Part shown: piece by piece, positions 25,975-34,569 of the stretch
Numbering within the stretch: position 1 is the stretch's first letter
How the letters are laid out: every line of letters begins with the position of its first letter
NCBI GenBank assembly: GCA_903852325.1
Contig: CAINQO010000035.1
Location: 34,117-98,116, forward strand
Direction of reading: 5' to 3'
DNA length: 64,000 nucleotides
DNA from: Candidatus Omnitrophota bacterium
Lineage (GTDB): Bacteria; Omnitrophota; Gorgyraeia; Gygaellales; Profunditerraquicolaceae
Made by a program: the position numbers and the translations under genes
The notes under the pieces: generated by a model
Told to the model about the DNA's origin: nothing
The model's database searches: none
Seen by the model: the letters and a program-made list of their open reading frames with translations, nothing else

Positions 25975-26517
25975 ATGCCCTGGGAATCCCTCAATCAAGA
26001 CCTAAAAACACGTTTCAGCAAGATCCGCCTCCTGCTTTTGGATGTGGACGGGGTTTTAACCGACGGCCGGATCGTTTATGATTCCCGGCGCCGCGACTCT
26101 AAATTTTTCGACGTGCATGACGGCCTGGGGGTTTATGTCTTGCATAAATTCGGGATCAATACGATCCTGATTACCGCCAAGAATTCCAAAGCGATCGCCC
26201 CGCGCTCTAAGGATATGCGGGTGGTGGAGGTTTTTGCGGGGATCACCCCTAAAAGCATGGTTTTAGATAGGATCCTCAAGAAATACGGGGTGGAAAAAGA
26301 GGCGGTTTGTTTTATGGGGGATGACCTGGTGGATCTGTCCCTGATGCGCAAGATCGGCCTTCCGGTGGCTCCCGCCAATGCCCGGGAAGAAGTCAAGGAG
26401 GCAGCAGTGTATGTCACCAGCTGTTCCGGCGGCAGGGGAGCGGTCCGGGAAGTGGCGGAGTTGATCCTGAAATCCCAGGATAAATGGAAAGATGTTTTAA
26501 AACTTTATGAAGCATAA
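25975..26517 (+). CDS. kdsC: Kdo-8-phosphate phosphatase
   Basis: IRLLLLDVDGVLTDGRIVY and GDDLVDL HAD motifs; 180 aa. Confidence 0.9.
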   Translation: MPWESLNQDLKTRFSKIRLLLLDVDGVLTDGRIVYDSRRRDSKFFDVHDGLGVYVLHKFGINTILITAKNSKAIAPRSKDMRVVEVFAGITPKSMVLDRILKKYGVEKEAVCFMGDDLVDLSLMRKIGLPVAPANAREEVKEAAVYVTSCSGGRGAVREVAELILKSQDKWKDVLKLYEA

Positions 26518-27403
26518 AGATTTAGTTTTAACTTTTGTATTTTTATTCTTTGCCTGCGGTTCCTTGTTTGCGGCGGTAGAAGTCAAGGATCCCGGTGAAT
26601 CTGCCGGACAGGTGGGGGATTTTTCCCTTGCTGGTTTCGGGGACAAAGGAAAGAAAGCCTGGGACCTGGCGGGTAAATCCGCCAATATTTTCACCGATGT
26701 GGTTAAATTGCAGAAAGTCGTCGGTAATGATTACGCCCTCACCGATACGATCAACCTTACCGCCGATAACGGGGACTTTAACAAGAAAAGCGGCCTGGTG
26801 CATTTGCAGGACAATGTCGTCATCACTACCGCCAGCGGCGCCAAGATGACTACCGATACCCTGGATTGGGACAGGAAGCAGCAGATCGTCAAGACCTTGG
26901 ACAGGGTCAATCTGGCCAAGCAGGATATGAACCTTTCCGGCCAAGGCGCCCAGGGAAAGACGGAATTAAAGCAAATCAAGCTGGAAAAAGATGTGCGCCT
27001 GGATATTCAGACCCTGGATAAGCAGGTGAACAAAAAAGAAAAGATCGTCATTACCTGCGACGGGCCGCTGGACGTCGATTATGAAAAAAATATTGCCATA
27101 TTCAATAATAATGTTAAAGTAGAAAAGCCGGATATGACCATTTACAGCGATAAAATGGAAGTTTTTTTTACCCCTAAAGAGCAGCCGGCGCAGCCTAAAA
27201 CGCCTGCTCCCGGGATGGCGGCGCTCTCCAGTTCCGTGGATCGGATCGTCGCTTCGGGGAATGTGCGCATCGTGCGGGGGGAGAATACTTCTTTCAGCCA
27301 GCAGGCAATTTATACCGCCGCGGATAAAAAAATCACTTTGACCGGAAAGCCGCAAATTATCATTTACCAGACGGAGAACGCGAATGCAGCTTTTGGAAAC
27401 TAA
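26507..27403 (+). CDS. LPS transport periplasmic protein, apparent LptC-LptA (OstA-like) fusion with a lipoprotein-type signal
   Basis: Signal peptide ending FFACG. The first ~170 aa are LptC-like, and the C-terminal ~120 aa are OstA-N-like ([21 protein letters not shown]). The gene lies directly upstream of lptB. Confidence 0.65.
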   Translation: MKHKDLVLTFVFLFFACGSLFAAVEVKDPGESAGQVGDFSLAGFGDKGKKAWDLAGKSANIFTDVVKLQKVVGNDYALTDTINLTADNGDFNKKSGLVHLQDNVVITTASGAKMTTDTLDWDRKQQIVKTLDRVNLAKQDMNLSGQGAQGKTELKQIKLEKDVRLDIQTLDKQVNKKEKIVITCDGPLDVDYEKNIAIFNNNVKVEKPDMTIYSDKMEVFFTPKEQPAQPKTPAPGMAALSSSVDRIVASGNVRIVRGENTSFSQQAIYTAADKKITLTGKPQIIIYQTENANAAFGN

Positions 27404-28106
27404 GGGCCTGGCTAAATCCTATGACGGTCGCTGGGTGGTTAAGGGCGTGGATATCACGGTCAAGCGCGGGGAGATCGTCGGGCTTTTAGGCCCCAACGGA
27501 GCCGGCAAGACTACTACTTTTTATATGATCGTCGGGATCGTCCCCCCCAACAAGGGCACGATCGTTTTTGATAACCATGAAATCACCCGGATGGCGATCC
27601 ACGAGCGGGCGCGTTTCGGGATCGGCTATCTTGCCCAGGAACCCTCGATATTCCGGAAACTGACCGTGGAAGAAAATATCAACGCGATCCTGGAGACTTT
27701 GCCTTTGAGCCGCGCGCAGAGAAAAAACCGGCTGGCGTTTTTGCTGGAGGAGTTGAATATCGCGCACCTGGCAAAGCATAAAGCCTACACTTTAAGCGGC
27801 GGAGAGAGAAGGCGCCTGGAGATCACCCGGGCGCTGGTGACCAATCCTTCTTTTATCCTGCTGGATGAACCTTTCAGCGGGATCGACCCGATCGTCGTCA
27901 ATGAAGCGCAGGAGATCATTAAGGAATTAAAGGCCAAAGGCCTGGGTATTCTTTTGACCGACCATAATGTGCGGGAGACCCTGGCGATCACCGACCGGGC
28001 GTATTTAATTTCCGAAGGGGCGATCCTTATTTCCGGATCCGCGGAGGAGCTGATTAATCACCCTCAGGCCCGCCAGGTTTATTTAGGTGAGAAGTTTAGG
28101 ATGTAA
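27384..28106 (+). CDS. lptB: LPS export ABC transporter ATP-binding protein
   Basis: Walker A is GPNGAGKTT, the signature is [11 protein letters not shown] and Walker B is ILLDEP. The C-terminus is YLGEKFRM. Confidence 0.95.
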   Translation: MQLLETKGLAKSYDGRWVVKGVDITVKRGEIVGLLGPNGAGKTTTFYMIVGIVPPNKGTIVFDNHEITRMAIHERARFGIGYLAQEPSIFRKLTVEENINAILETLPLSRAQRKNRLAFLLEELNIAHLAKHKAYTLSGGERRRLEITRALVTNPSFILLDEPFSGIDPIVVNEAQEIIKELKAKGLGILLTDHNVRETLAITDRAYLISEGAILISGSAEELINHPQARQVYLGEKFRM

Positions 28107-28248
28107 CCCCGCACCTTCTTCTGTATTCGGAAGAAAAACGGATTGATTAAAGGCGCGGGACAATAATAACCATGGTCATTTCTTTAAACATCAAGGTTCA
28201 AAGCTTAGATGCAGGGAATGATATAATTAAGAAAGAAGGTGCGGGGTG
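28107..28248 (+). promoter_or_regulatory. anti-SD/SD hairpin module (109-nt loop) between the lptB stop and the tig start
   Basis: CCCCGCACCTTCTT (28107-28120) begins directly after the TAA stop. It pairs perfectly over 14 bp with AAGAAGGTGCGGGG (28233-28246). The GTG start is at 28246. Confidence 0.6.
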
Positions 28249-29133
28249 AAAACCGAAGTTAAGAAATTAGACGGAACTAAACGTGAAATTAATGTCGCCG
28301 TGACCGGCGACTTGGTCAAAAATAAATTTGAAGAAGTTTTCGCACAGGTCGCCAAAGAAGCCAAGGTCCCGGGTTTTCGCCCGGGAAAAGCGCCCCGGGA
28401 TCTTCTGGAAAAGCATTACGGTTCCAGCGTCCATGAGCAGGTGTTAAAGGAGCTGGTCCCGGATGTGTATAACCAGGCGGTCGCGGCGGAAAAACTCGAT
28501 GTCATTGAGCTGCCCCAGATCACCGATGTGCAGCTGGATCGGGCCAGCCTTTCTTTTAAAGCGGTCGTGGAGGTCAGCCCGGAAATTACGCTGAAGAATT
28601 ATAAAAACCAGGTAATTAATTATAAGCTGCCGGTTGTTTCCGCGGATGAAGTGAAACGCCAGATCGACTCGGTCAAGGAATCGCGTAAGGCCGAAAACCT
28701 GGATGATAAATTCGCCCGCTCCCTGGGTTATCCTGATTTAGGGGAATTGGAAAAAGCGGTGGAAAGACAGATCTTTCTTACCAAGGAGAATCAGGAACGC
28801 CAGCGGATTGAAAATGAATTAATCGAAAATATTACCAAAGGGGTGGAATTTAAGCTGCCGCAAGGATTGGTGGACCGGCAGGTTCAGGATATGCTGCGGC
28901 AGACCAAGATCGATTTGGCGATGAAAGGGCTGCCCCGGGAGAAGATCGACGCGCAGGATAAATTGCTTTTAGAGGGGATCGAACCGGAAGCAAAAAAGCA
29001 GGTCAAGATTTACCTGATCCTGGCGCAGATCGCGAAAAAAGAGAATATCGCCATCGACGACCATATGCCGCGCAAGGTGATGGAGTTTCTGCTGGGTGAA
29101 GCAGAGTGGAAGGCTGCACAAGAGAATAAATAG
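28246..29133 (+). CDS. tig: trigger factor-like chaperone lacking the PPIase domain
   Basis: The N-terminal ribosome-binding signature GFRPGKAP is present. The C-terminal arm domain follows directly, giving 295 aa versus about 430 for canonical TF. Confidence 0.8.
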   Translation: MKTEVKKLDGTKREINVAVTGDLVKNKFEEVFAQVAKEAKVPGFRPGKAPRDLLEKHYGSSVHEQVLKELVPDVYNQAVAAEKLDVIELPQITDVQLDRASLSFKAVVEVSPEITLKNYKNQVINYKLPVVSADEVKRQIDSVKESRKAENLDDKFARSLGYPDLGELEKAVERQIFLTKENQERQRIENELIENITKGVEFKLPQGLVDRQVQDMLRQTKIDLAMKGLPREKIDAQDKLLLEGIEPEAKKQVKIYLILAQIAKKENIAIDDHMPRKVMEFLLGEAEWKAAQENK

Positions 29134-29266
29134 CGGTATTCATGTTGATTAGCTCCGCGCCTAAGCCTTGGATGTTACGCTTAGCATATATTCGAATATT
29201 GTAACGCGCGGAGTAAATTAAAAATTACCACTTATTATAAATAATTTTAAATTTAAGGAGGCAAAA
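29131..29266 (+). promoter_or_regulatory. structured leader/repeat upstream of clpP (copy 1 of 2)
   Basis: About 90 nt are shared with 55531-55645. The 8-bp stem CTCCGCGC/GCGCGGAG (29153-29160/29206-29213) encloses hairpin CTAAGC/GCTTAG and the palindrome ATATTCGAATAT. Confidence 0.55.
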
Positions 29267-29881
29267 ATGGATATTAAGAACCAAATATTGGTCCCGATGG
29301 TTATTGAGCAGAACCCGCGCGGTTTTGAACGCGCATACGATATTTACTCGCGCCTGCTTAAGGACCGGATCCTGTTCATCGGCACCCCCATCGACGATTA
29401 TGTCGCTAATTTAGTGATCGCCCAGCTTCTTTTCCTGCAAATGGAGGACAAAGATAAAGATATTAATATCTATATCAATTCTCCCGGGGGTTCGGTAACC
29501 GCGGGCCTGGCAATTTATGACACGATGCAATTTATCAAATGCGATGTGGCCACCTATTGCGTGGGCCAGGCAGCCAGCATGGGGGCGGTATTACTGGCGG
29601 CGGGAAGAAAAGGAAAACGTTTCGTGCTCCCCAATTCCCGGGTAATGATCCATCAGCCCTGGGGAGGGGTGCAGGGAGCGGCCTCGGATATTTCCATCCA
29701 GGCCAAAGAGATCTTAAAGCTGCGCGATCGGCTCAATGAAATCCTGGCGCACCATACCGGCCAGCCGCTGGAAAAAATACAAAAGGACACGGACAGGGAT
29801 TATTTTATGTCCGCTCAGGAATCCAAAGATTACGGTTTGGTCGATGAAGTGATCTTGCCGGAAACACCGAAAAAGAATTAA
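29267..29881 (+). CDS. clpP: ATP-dependent Clp protease proteolytic subunit
   Basis: The active-site context GQAASMGA and the MIHQP motif are present; 204 aa. Confidence 0.95.
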   Translation: MDIKNQILVPMVIEQNPRGFERAYDIYSRLLKDRILFIGTPIDDYVANLVIAQLLFLQMEDKDKDINIYINSPGGSVTAGLAIYDTMQFIKCDVATYCVGQAASMGAVLLAAGRKGKRFVLPNSRVMIHQPWGGVQGAASDISIQAKEILKLRDRLNEILAHHTGQPLEKIQKDTDRDYFMSAQESKDYGLVDEVILPETPKKN

Positions 29882-29936
29882 AATATAACTAAAAGAAGCG
29901 ACAATTGTCGACGATCATTATCAGGAGAGATATAAA

Positions 29937-31076
29937 ATGAAGAAAGAGTACTTATTGACCCCGGGTCCTACCCCTTTACCGCCGCAGGTCAGCCTGGCCA
30001 TGGCCAAACCGATCATTCATCATCGCACTCCGCAGTTCCAGGAGATCCTGAAGGAGGCCAGCGCCGGATTAAAATGGGCTTTCCAGACGGCTAACGACGT
30101 TTTTATTATTTCTGCATCGGGTACCGGAGCGATGGAAGCGGCGGTGGTCAATCTGCTTTCCTGCGGGGATGCCGCGTTAGTAGTCCAGGGCGGTAAATTC
30201 GGCGAAAGATGGACGGAGCTTTGCAAGGCTTACGGGATCAAGGCTGAGGTTGTTGACGTGGAATGGGGCAAAGCGGTCAGCCCGGAGGAGATTGCTAAAA
30301 GATTGAAAGCCAATCCGCAGATCAAGGCGGTATTTGCCACTTTATGCGAAACTTCCACCGGCGTGGACAATGATATCCAGGCGATTGCCGCCGTGGTCAA
30401 GCAGACTCCGGCAGTTTTAGCGGTGGACGCGATCAGCGGCCTGGGAGCGGTCGATCTTAAAACCGATGCCTGGGGGGTGGATGTGGTAGTGGCCGGTTCG
30501 CAGAAAGGCCTGATGCTTCCTCCGGGGCTAGGGTTTATTTCTTTAAGCGCCAAGGCCTGGAAATTGGTCGAGGAGTCCAAAACCGGCCGGTATTACCTTG
30601 ATTTGAGAAAAGCGAAAAAAGCCCTGGATAAAAATGATACGCCGTTTACTTCCGGGATCACCTTGATCATCGCTTTAAATGAAGCTTTAAAATTAATGCA
30701 GGCCGACGGCCTGGAAAACATATTTAAGCGCCACCGGGTAATGGCGGATGCCACCCGCGCCGCGGTTAAGGCTTTGGGGATGGAGCTGTTTGCCCCCACC
30801 GCTGCTTCTGACGGGGTTACCGCGGCTAAGGTGCCTGCCGGCCTTGACGGGGAAAAATTGGTCAAGACTATGCGGGATACTTACGGGGTAACCATTGCCG
30901 GCGGACAGGAAGAGCTTAAGGGCAAAGTCATCCGCATCGCGCATATGGGTTATATCGCCGAATCTGATATTATTTTAGGGATAACCTGCCTGGAAAAAGT
31001 CCTGGCCCAGATGGGCTATAAATTCAACTTAGGGGCAGGGGTCAAGGCAGCGGAAGAGGTATTTTTGAAGGGCTAA
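29937..31076 (+). CDS. class V aminotransferase (serine-pyruvate / alanine-glyoxylate / phosphoserine aminotransferase type)
   Basis: SGTGAMEAAVVN and the PLP-lysine context SQKGLM. It is adjacent to serA. Confidence 0.8.
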   Translation: MKKEYLLTPGPTPLPPQVSLAMAKPIIHHRTPQFQEILKEASAGLKWAFQTANDVFIISASGTGAMEAAVVNLLSCGDAALVVQGGKFGERWTELCKAYGIKAEVVDVEWGKAVSPEEIAKRLKANPQIKAVFATLCETSTGVDNDIQAIAAVVKQTPAVLAVDAISGLGAVDLKTDAWGVDVVVAGSQKGLMLPPGLGFISLSAKAWKLVEESKTGRYYLDLRKAKKALDKNDTPFTSGITLIIALNEALKLMQADGLENIFKRHRVMADATRAAVKALGMELFAPTAASDGVTAAKVPAGLDGEKLVKTMRDTYGVTIAGGQEELKGKVIRIAHMGYIAESDIILGITCLEKVLAQMGYKFNLGAGVKAAEEVFLKG

Positions 31077-31090
31077 ATTTAGAGAAAGAG

Positions 31091-31220
31091 CAAATCCTAG
31101 GCACTAAATCCTAAACTCTAAACAAACTCAAAAAATTTAAACTCAAAACCCGAAACATGGGTTTGGAGTTTTGGATTTTGGATTTGTTTAGGATTTAGAG
31201 TTTAGTGTTTAGAGTTTAGA
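31091..31220 (+). repeat. inverted pair of heptamer tandem arrays forming a long imperfect hairpin
   Basis: The left arm is built of CTAAAYY-type 7-mers (31091-31151). The apex is AAAACCC-gaaacat-GGGTTT. The right arm is built of TTTAGRR/TTTGGAK 7-mers (31159-31220). Confidence 0.5.
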
Positions 31221-31240
31221 ATAATAATGAGGGGTGAGAG

Positions 31241-32827
31241 ATGATCAAAGTTTTAGTCAGTGATGCGTTAAGCCAGGAAGGGCTCAAAATATTCAATGAT
31301 TGCAAAGAGCTTACCGTAGATGTCAAGACGGATTTAAAACCCGATGCGCTCAAAGAAATCATCAAGGATTATGACGCTTTGGTGGTCCGCAGTGCGACCA
31401 AGGTGACCAAGGAAATAATCCAGGCCGCCGAAAAACTAAAAGTGATCGGCCGGGCCGGAGTAGGTTTGGATAATGTGGATCTGGAAGCGGCGACCGCCAA
31501 AGGGATCATCGTTATGAACACCCCGGCGGGAAACACGATCTCTACCGCCGAACATACCTTCAGCATGATCCTGACCTTATCCCGGAATATCGCCCAGGCA
31601 AACGCCTCGATGAAGAAGGGGGAATGGAAACGTTCCAAATTCATGGGGGTGGAATTATACAATAAGGTTTTGGGGATCGTTGGGTTCGGCCGGATCGGTT
31701 CGGAGGTGGCTAAGCGCGCGCTTTCATTCGGAATGAAGGTGTTGGCGTATGACCCGTTTTTATCTGCCCAGGTTGCCGAGAGCATCGGGGTGGAGATTGC
31801 CGAATTGAAGAAGGTACTGCAGGAATCCGACTATATTACCGTGCACACTCCTTTAACCGAAGAAACCAGGCACATGATTTCGGATAAAGAATTCGCTTTA
31901 ATGAAAAAGAATGTGCGCATCGTCAATTGCGCCCGCGGCGGGATCATCGACGAACTGGCTTTAGTCAAAGCGGTTAAAGAAGGTAAGGTTTCCGGAGCGG
32001 CGATGGATGTTTTTGAAAATGAACCGCTGGCCGCCGACAGTGAACTTTTGAAGCTGGATAACGTGATTACTACTCCGCATCTAGGGGCTTCTACCGAAGA
32101 GGCGCAGATCAATGTCGCCATCGAAGTGGCGGAGATCGTGCGCGACGCGCTCCTGGGCCGGGGGATCCGTAACGCCGCCAATTATCCCTGCTTAGAAGCG
32201 GAGGTGTGCAAGATCCTTAATCCCTACATTAACCTGGCGGAAAAACTGGGGATGTTCAGCGCCCAGCTGGTTGAGGGCCGGTTCCAGGAATTAGTGATCA
32301 ACTATAGCGGACAGATCACTAAGTATGATTTAAGTTCGGTAACCATGGCCCTGGCCAAAGGACTGCTTACCCCGATATTAAAAGAGACGGTTAATTTCGT
32401 TAACGGCATCTCTTTGCTCAAAGAAAGAGGGATAAAGCTGCGCGAATCGAAATCCGCGGAAGAAGGAGAGTTCGTTAATCTTATTCAGTTGGAAATTAAG
32501 ACCGACAAAGAAAGCAAATCGGTTTGCGGGACCCTTTCCAGCAATAAGCAGCCCCGTATCGTAAAAATCGACGATTATTACCTGGAATTATACCCGATCG
32601 GAGAAATGGTGTTTATCCGGAATTGGGATAAGCCGGGACTGATCGGAAGCCTGGGGACATTCATGGGTAAGAACGGGATCAATATCGCCGCAATGACCTT
32701 CGGCCGGGATAAACCGGGCGGAAAGGCGATCAGCGTGTTGAACGTGGATAGCCTGGTCAGCCAGGAGATCCTGGACAAGATCAGGGAATTGGAAAATATC
32801 CTCACTGCTAAAATAATCCGGACGTGA
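31241..32827 (+). CDS. serA: D-3-phosphoglycerate dehydrogenase (long form with ASB and ACT domains)
   Basis: GIVGFGRIGSEVA NAD-binding motif; 528 aa with a C-terminal ACT-like region. Confidence 0.95.
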   Translation: MIKVLVSDALSQEGLKIFNDCKELTVDVKTDLKPDALKEIIKDYDALVVRSATKVTKEIIQAAEKLKVIGRAGVGLDNVDLEAATAKGIIVMNTPAGNTISTAEHTFSMILTLSRNIAQANASMKKGEWKRSKFMGVELYNKVLGIVGFGRIGSEVAKRALSFGMKVLAYDPFLSAQVAESIGVEIAELKKVLQESDYITVHTPLTEETRHMISDKEFALMKKNVRIVNCARGGIIDELALVKAVKEGKVSGAAMDVFENEPLAADSELLKLDNVITTPHLGASTEEAQINVAIEVAEIVRDALLGRGIRNAANYPCLEAEVCKILNPYINLAEKLGMFSAQLVEGRFQELVINYSGQITKYDLSSVTMALAKGLLTPILKETVNFVNGISLLKERGIKLRESKSAEEGEFVNLIQLEIKTDKESKSVCGTLSSNKQPRIVKIDDYYLELYPIGEMVFIRNWDKPGLIGSLGTFMGKNGINIAAMTFGRDKPGGKAISVLNVDSLVSQEILDKIRELENILTAKIIRT

Positions 32828-34569
32828 AAAGTCTTAAGTACTTATTCTTGATTTTCGGCTTTCTGGCTTCCTGCGCCGGCAGCTTGCACGCTAAGGAGAT
32901 CACCGTAGTTTACAGCGGCCAGACGCATGCCGCCCTTTACCCTTGCAGCTGCCCGATCCGCCAGGACGGGGGGTTGACCCGCCGGGGGACGTTGATCAAA
33001 GAATTAAAGAAGCAGTATCCGGGGATGCTGCTTTTGGATTCCGGAAATTTTACCGCCGGCGGAAGGATGGACGAATATACCTTGAACACCCGCCTGGATA
33101 TGCAGCGCTCCGAGGTCAATTATAAAGCCATGGAGCTGATGGGTTACGACGCGGTGGGGGTGGGTCCGGAAGAATTTAATTTCGGGAAAGAGTTTTTTTT
33201 AAAAAACGTCAAGAAAAATAATCCCGTTTACTTGAGCGCTAATTTATCGCTCCAGACCGTTGTTCCTTATCTCATTAAGGAGGTCGGGGGGGTGAAGGTG
33301 GCGGTCCTGGGGTTGACCGGCTTATCCGCCAAGCAAAAGGCGGAAGGGATAAAGATCGATCTTCCGGAGATCAGCGGATTGATCGATGACTTAAGGCTTA
33401 AACAGGGGGCGCAGGTCTTGATCATCCTGAGTACCCAGGGGGAACGCGAAGATTTAAAACTGGTTTCTAAAACCAAAGGCATCGATATCATTATTATCGG
33501 CGACCAGCCGCTGAAAGAAGACCCTTTGACTAAGGTTGATTCGACCTTCATGTTCCGTCCGGCCTGGCAGGGCCGCCAGCTGGGAAGGATAGCCATATCG
33601 GTAGAAAACGGGAAACTGGCCGGTTGCCGCCTGGAAGAATTGCCTTTGATCCCGGGAATAAGCGATGATCCGGAAATCGGCGCGATCGTGCCGGCCTGTT
33701 ATGCCGATGCTAACTGTAAAAATAAGGAGCAGGTGGGGATTTGCCAGAATGCCGGTGCGCCCAACGCCTCCTGCAGGTTCGACAAACCCAATAAAGTAAA
33801 TTTAACGCTCATCACCAGGAAAGATTGCCGCATCTGCAACACCGGGCCGGAGGTTTTACGGTTAAAGAATAAATTTCCCGGGCTTTCCGTGGAAAGCCTT
33901 GAGCTGACGGATAAAAAAGCGCGCTCCCTGGTTAAAGAATTAGAGATCACTACTTTGCCGGCTTTTATCCTGGAGAAAAAGATCGAAGAGGAGAATAATT
34001 TCGAGAGCGTTAAGGATGATCTGCTGCTTAAAGGTGATTTTTATCTATTAAAGCCGCAAGCCAGCGGGATCTCCAACTTTATCGACCAGGAAACAAAGCC
34101 GGGAAAATTCGATTTATTTTTCAGCCTGTTCGATAAAGACGCGCCGTTATTATTAGCTACCGTAAAAGAGTTTAACCCGGCGCTGCATTTTCTGGCCGAA
34201 GAAATAAAAGAGGGTTTTACCGCCGGACAGGGGACCGCTGAGGTGGAAGAGGATTTGCGCGCGGTATGCGTGCAGAAGATCTATCCGGAGAAATTCTGGG
34301 ATTATCTGGCTTGCCGGGCTAAAAATATCCAGAGCACTTACTGGCAGGATTGCCTGGGCGCGCAGGAAAGCCAAAATATTTCCGGATGCGCCAGGGGCCC
34401 GCAGGGGGCGCAGCTGCTTAGGGAAAATACCGGCCTGAATAAAAAATTACAGGTTTCCTTCGGGCCAAGCTATCTCGTGGACAACCAGGAGATTTTTTCC
34501 TCCCGGGGCGTTCCGTCAAAAGAGAGGTTAAAAGAAATATTACAAAAGAAGCAGGGGGATAAAAAATGA
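32824..34569 (+). CDS. hypothetical lipoprotein: degenerate metallophosphoesterase/5'-nucleotidase-like N-domain plus thioredoxin-like C-terminal region
   Basis: Lipobox FLASC. The N-domain resembles calcineurin-like phosphoesterases but lacks an obvious DxH motif. CRIC (CxxC) sits in a thioredoxin-like context. The GTG start overlaps the serA stop (GTGA). Confidence 0.55.
   Translation: MKSLKYLFLIFGFLASCAGSLHAKEITVVYSGQTHAALYPCSCPIRQDGGLTRRGTLIKELKKQYPGMLLLDSGNFTAGGRMDEYTLNTRLDMQRSEVNYKAMELMGYDAVGVGPEEFNFGKEFFLKNVKKNNPVYLSANLSLQTVVPYLIKEVGGVKVAVLGLTGLSAKQKAEGIKIDLPEISGLIDDLRLKQGAQVLIILSTQGEREDLKLVSKTKGIDIIIIGDQPLKEDPLTKVDSTFMFRPAWQGRQLGRIAISVENGKLAGCRLEELPLIPGISDDPEIGAIVPACYADANCKNKEQVGICQNAGAPNASCRFDKPNKVNLTLITRKDCRICNTGPEVLRLKNKFPGLSVESLELTDKKARSLVKELEITTLPAFILEKKIEEENNFESVKDDLLLKGDFYLLKPQASGISNFIDQETKPGKFDLFFSLFDKDAPLLLATVKEFNPALHFLAEEIKEGFTAGQGTAEVEEDLRAVCVQKIYPEKFWDYLACRAKNIQSTYWQDCLGAQESQNISGCARGPQGAQLLRENTGLNKKLQVSFGPSYLVDNQEIFSSRGVPSKERLKEILQKKQGDKK

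Noticed and set aside
29142-29204. A 20-codon ORF (MLISSAPKPWMLRLAYIRIL) inside the clpP leader, considered as a leader peptide.
   Set aside because: The homologous queH copy has no equivalent open frame; its frame stops after 9 codons. Conservation there follows base pairing rather than codons.
29899-29910. A perfect 12-nt palindrome CGACAATTGTCG between clpP and the aminotransferase gene, considered as an operator.
   Set aside because: It is a single short occurrence, with no second copy or associated regulator in the window. It cannot be distinguished from chance.
31091-31220. A CRISPR-like or other spacer-repeat array. The heptamer arrays here and the 12-nt repeats at 50430-50745 were both considered.
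   Set aside because: The repeat units are 7 nt and 12 nt with no unique spacers and no cas genes. One array is an inverted hairpin and the other is coding.
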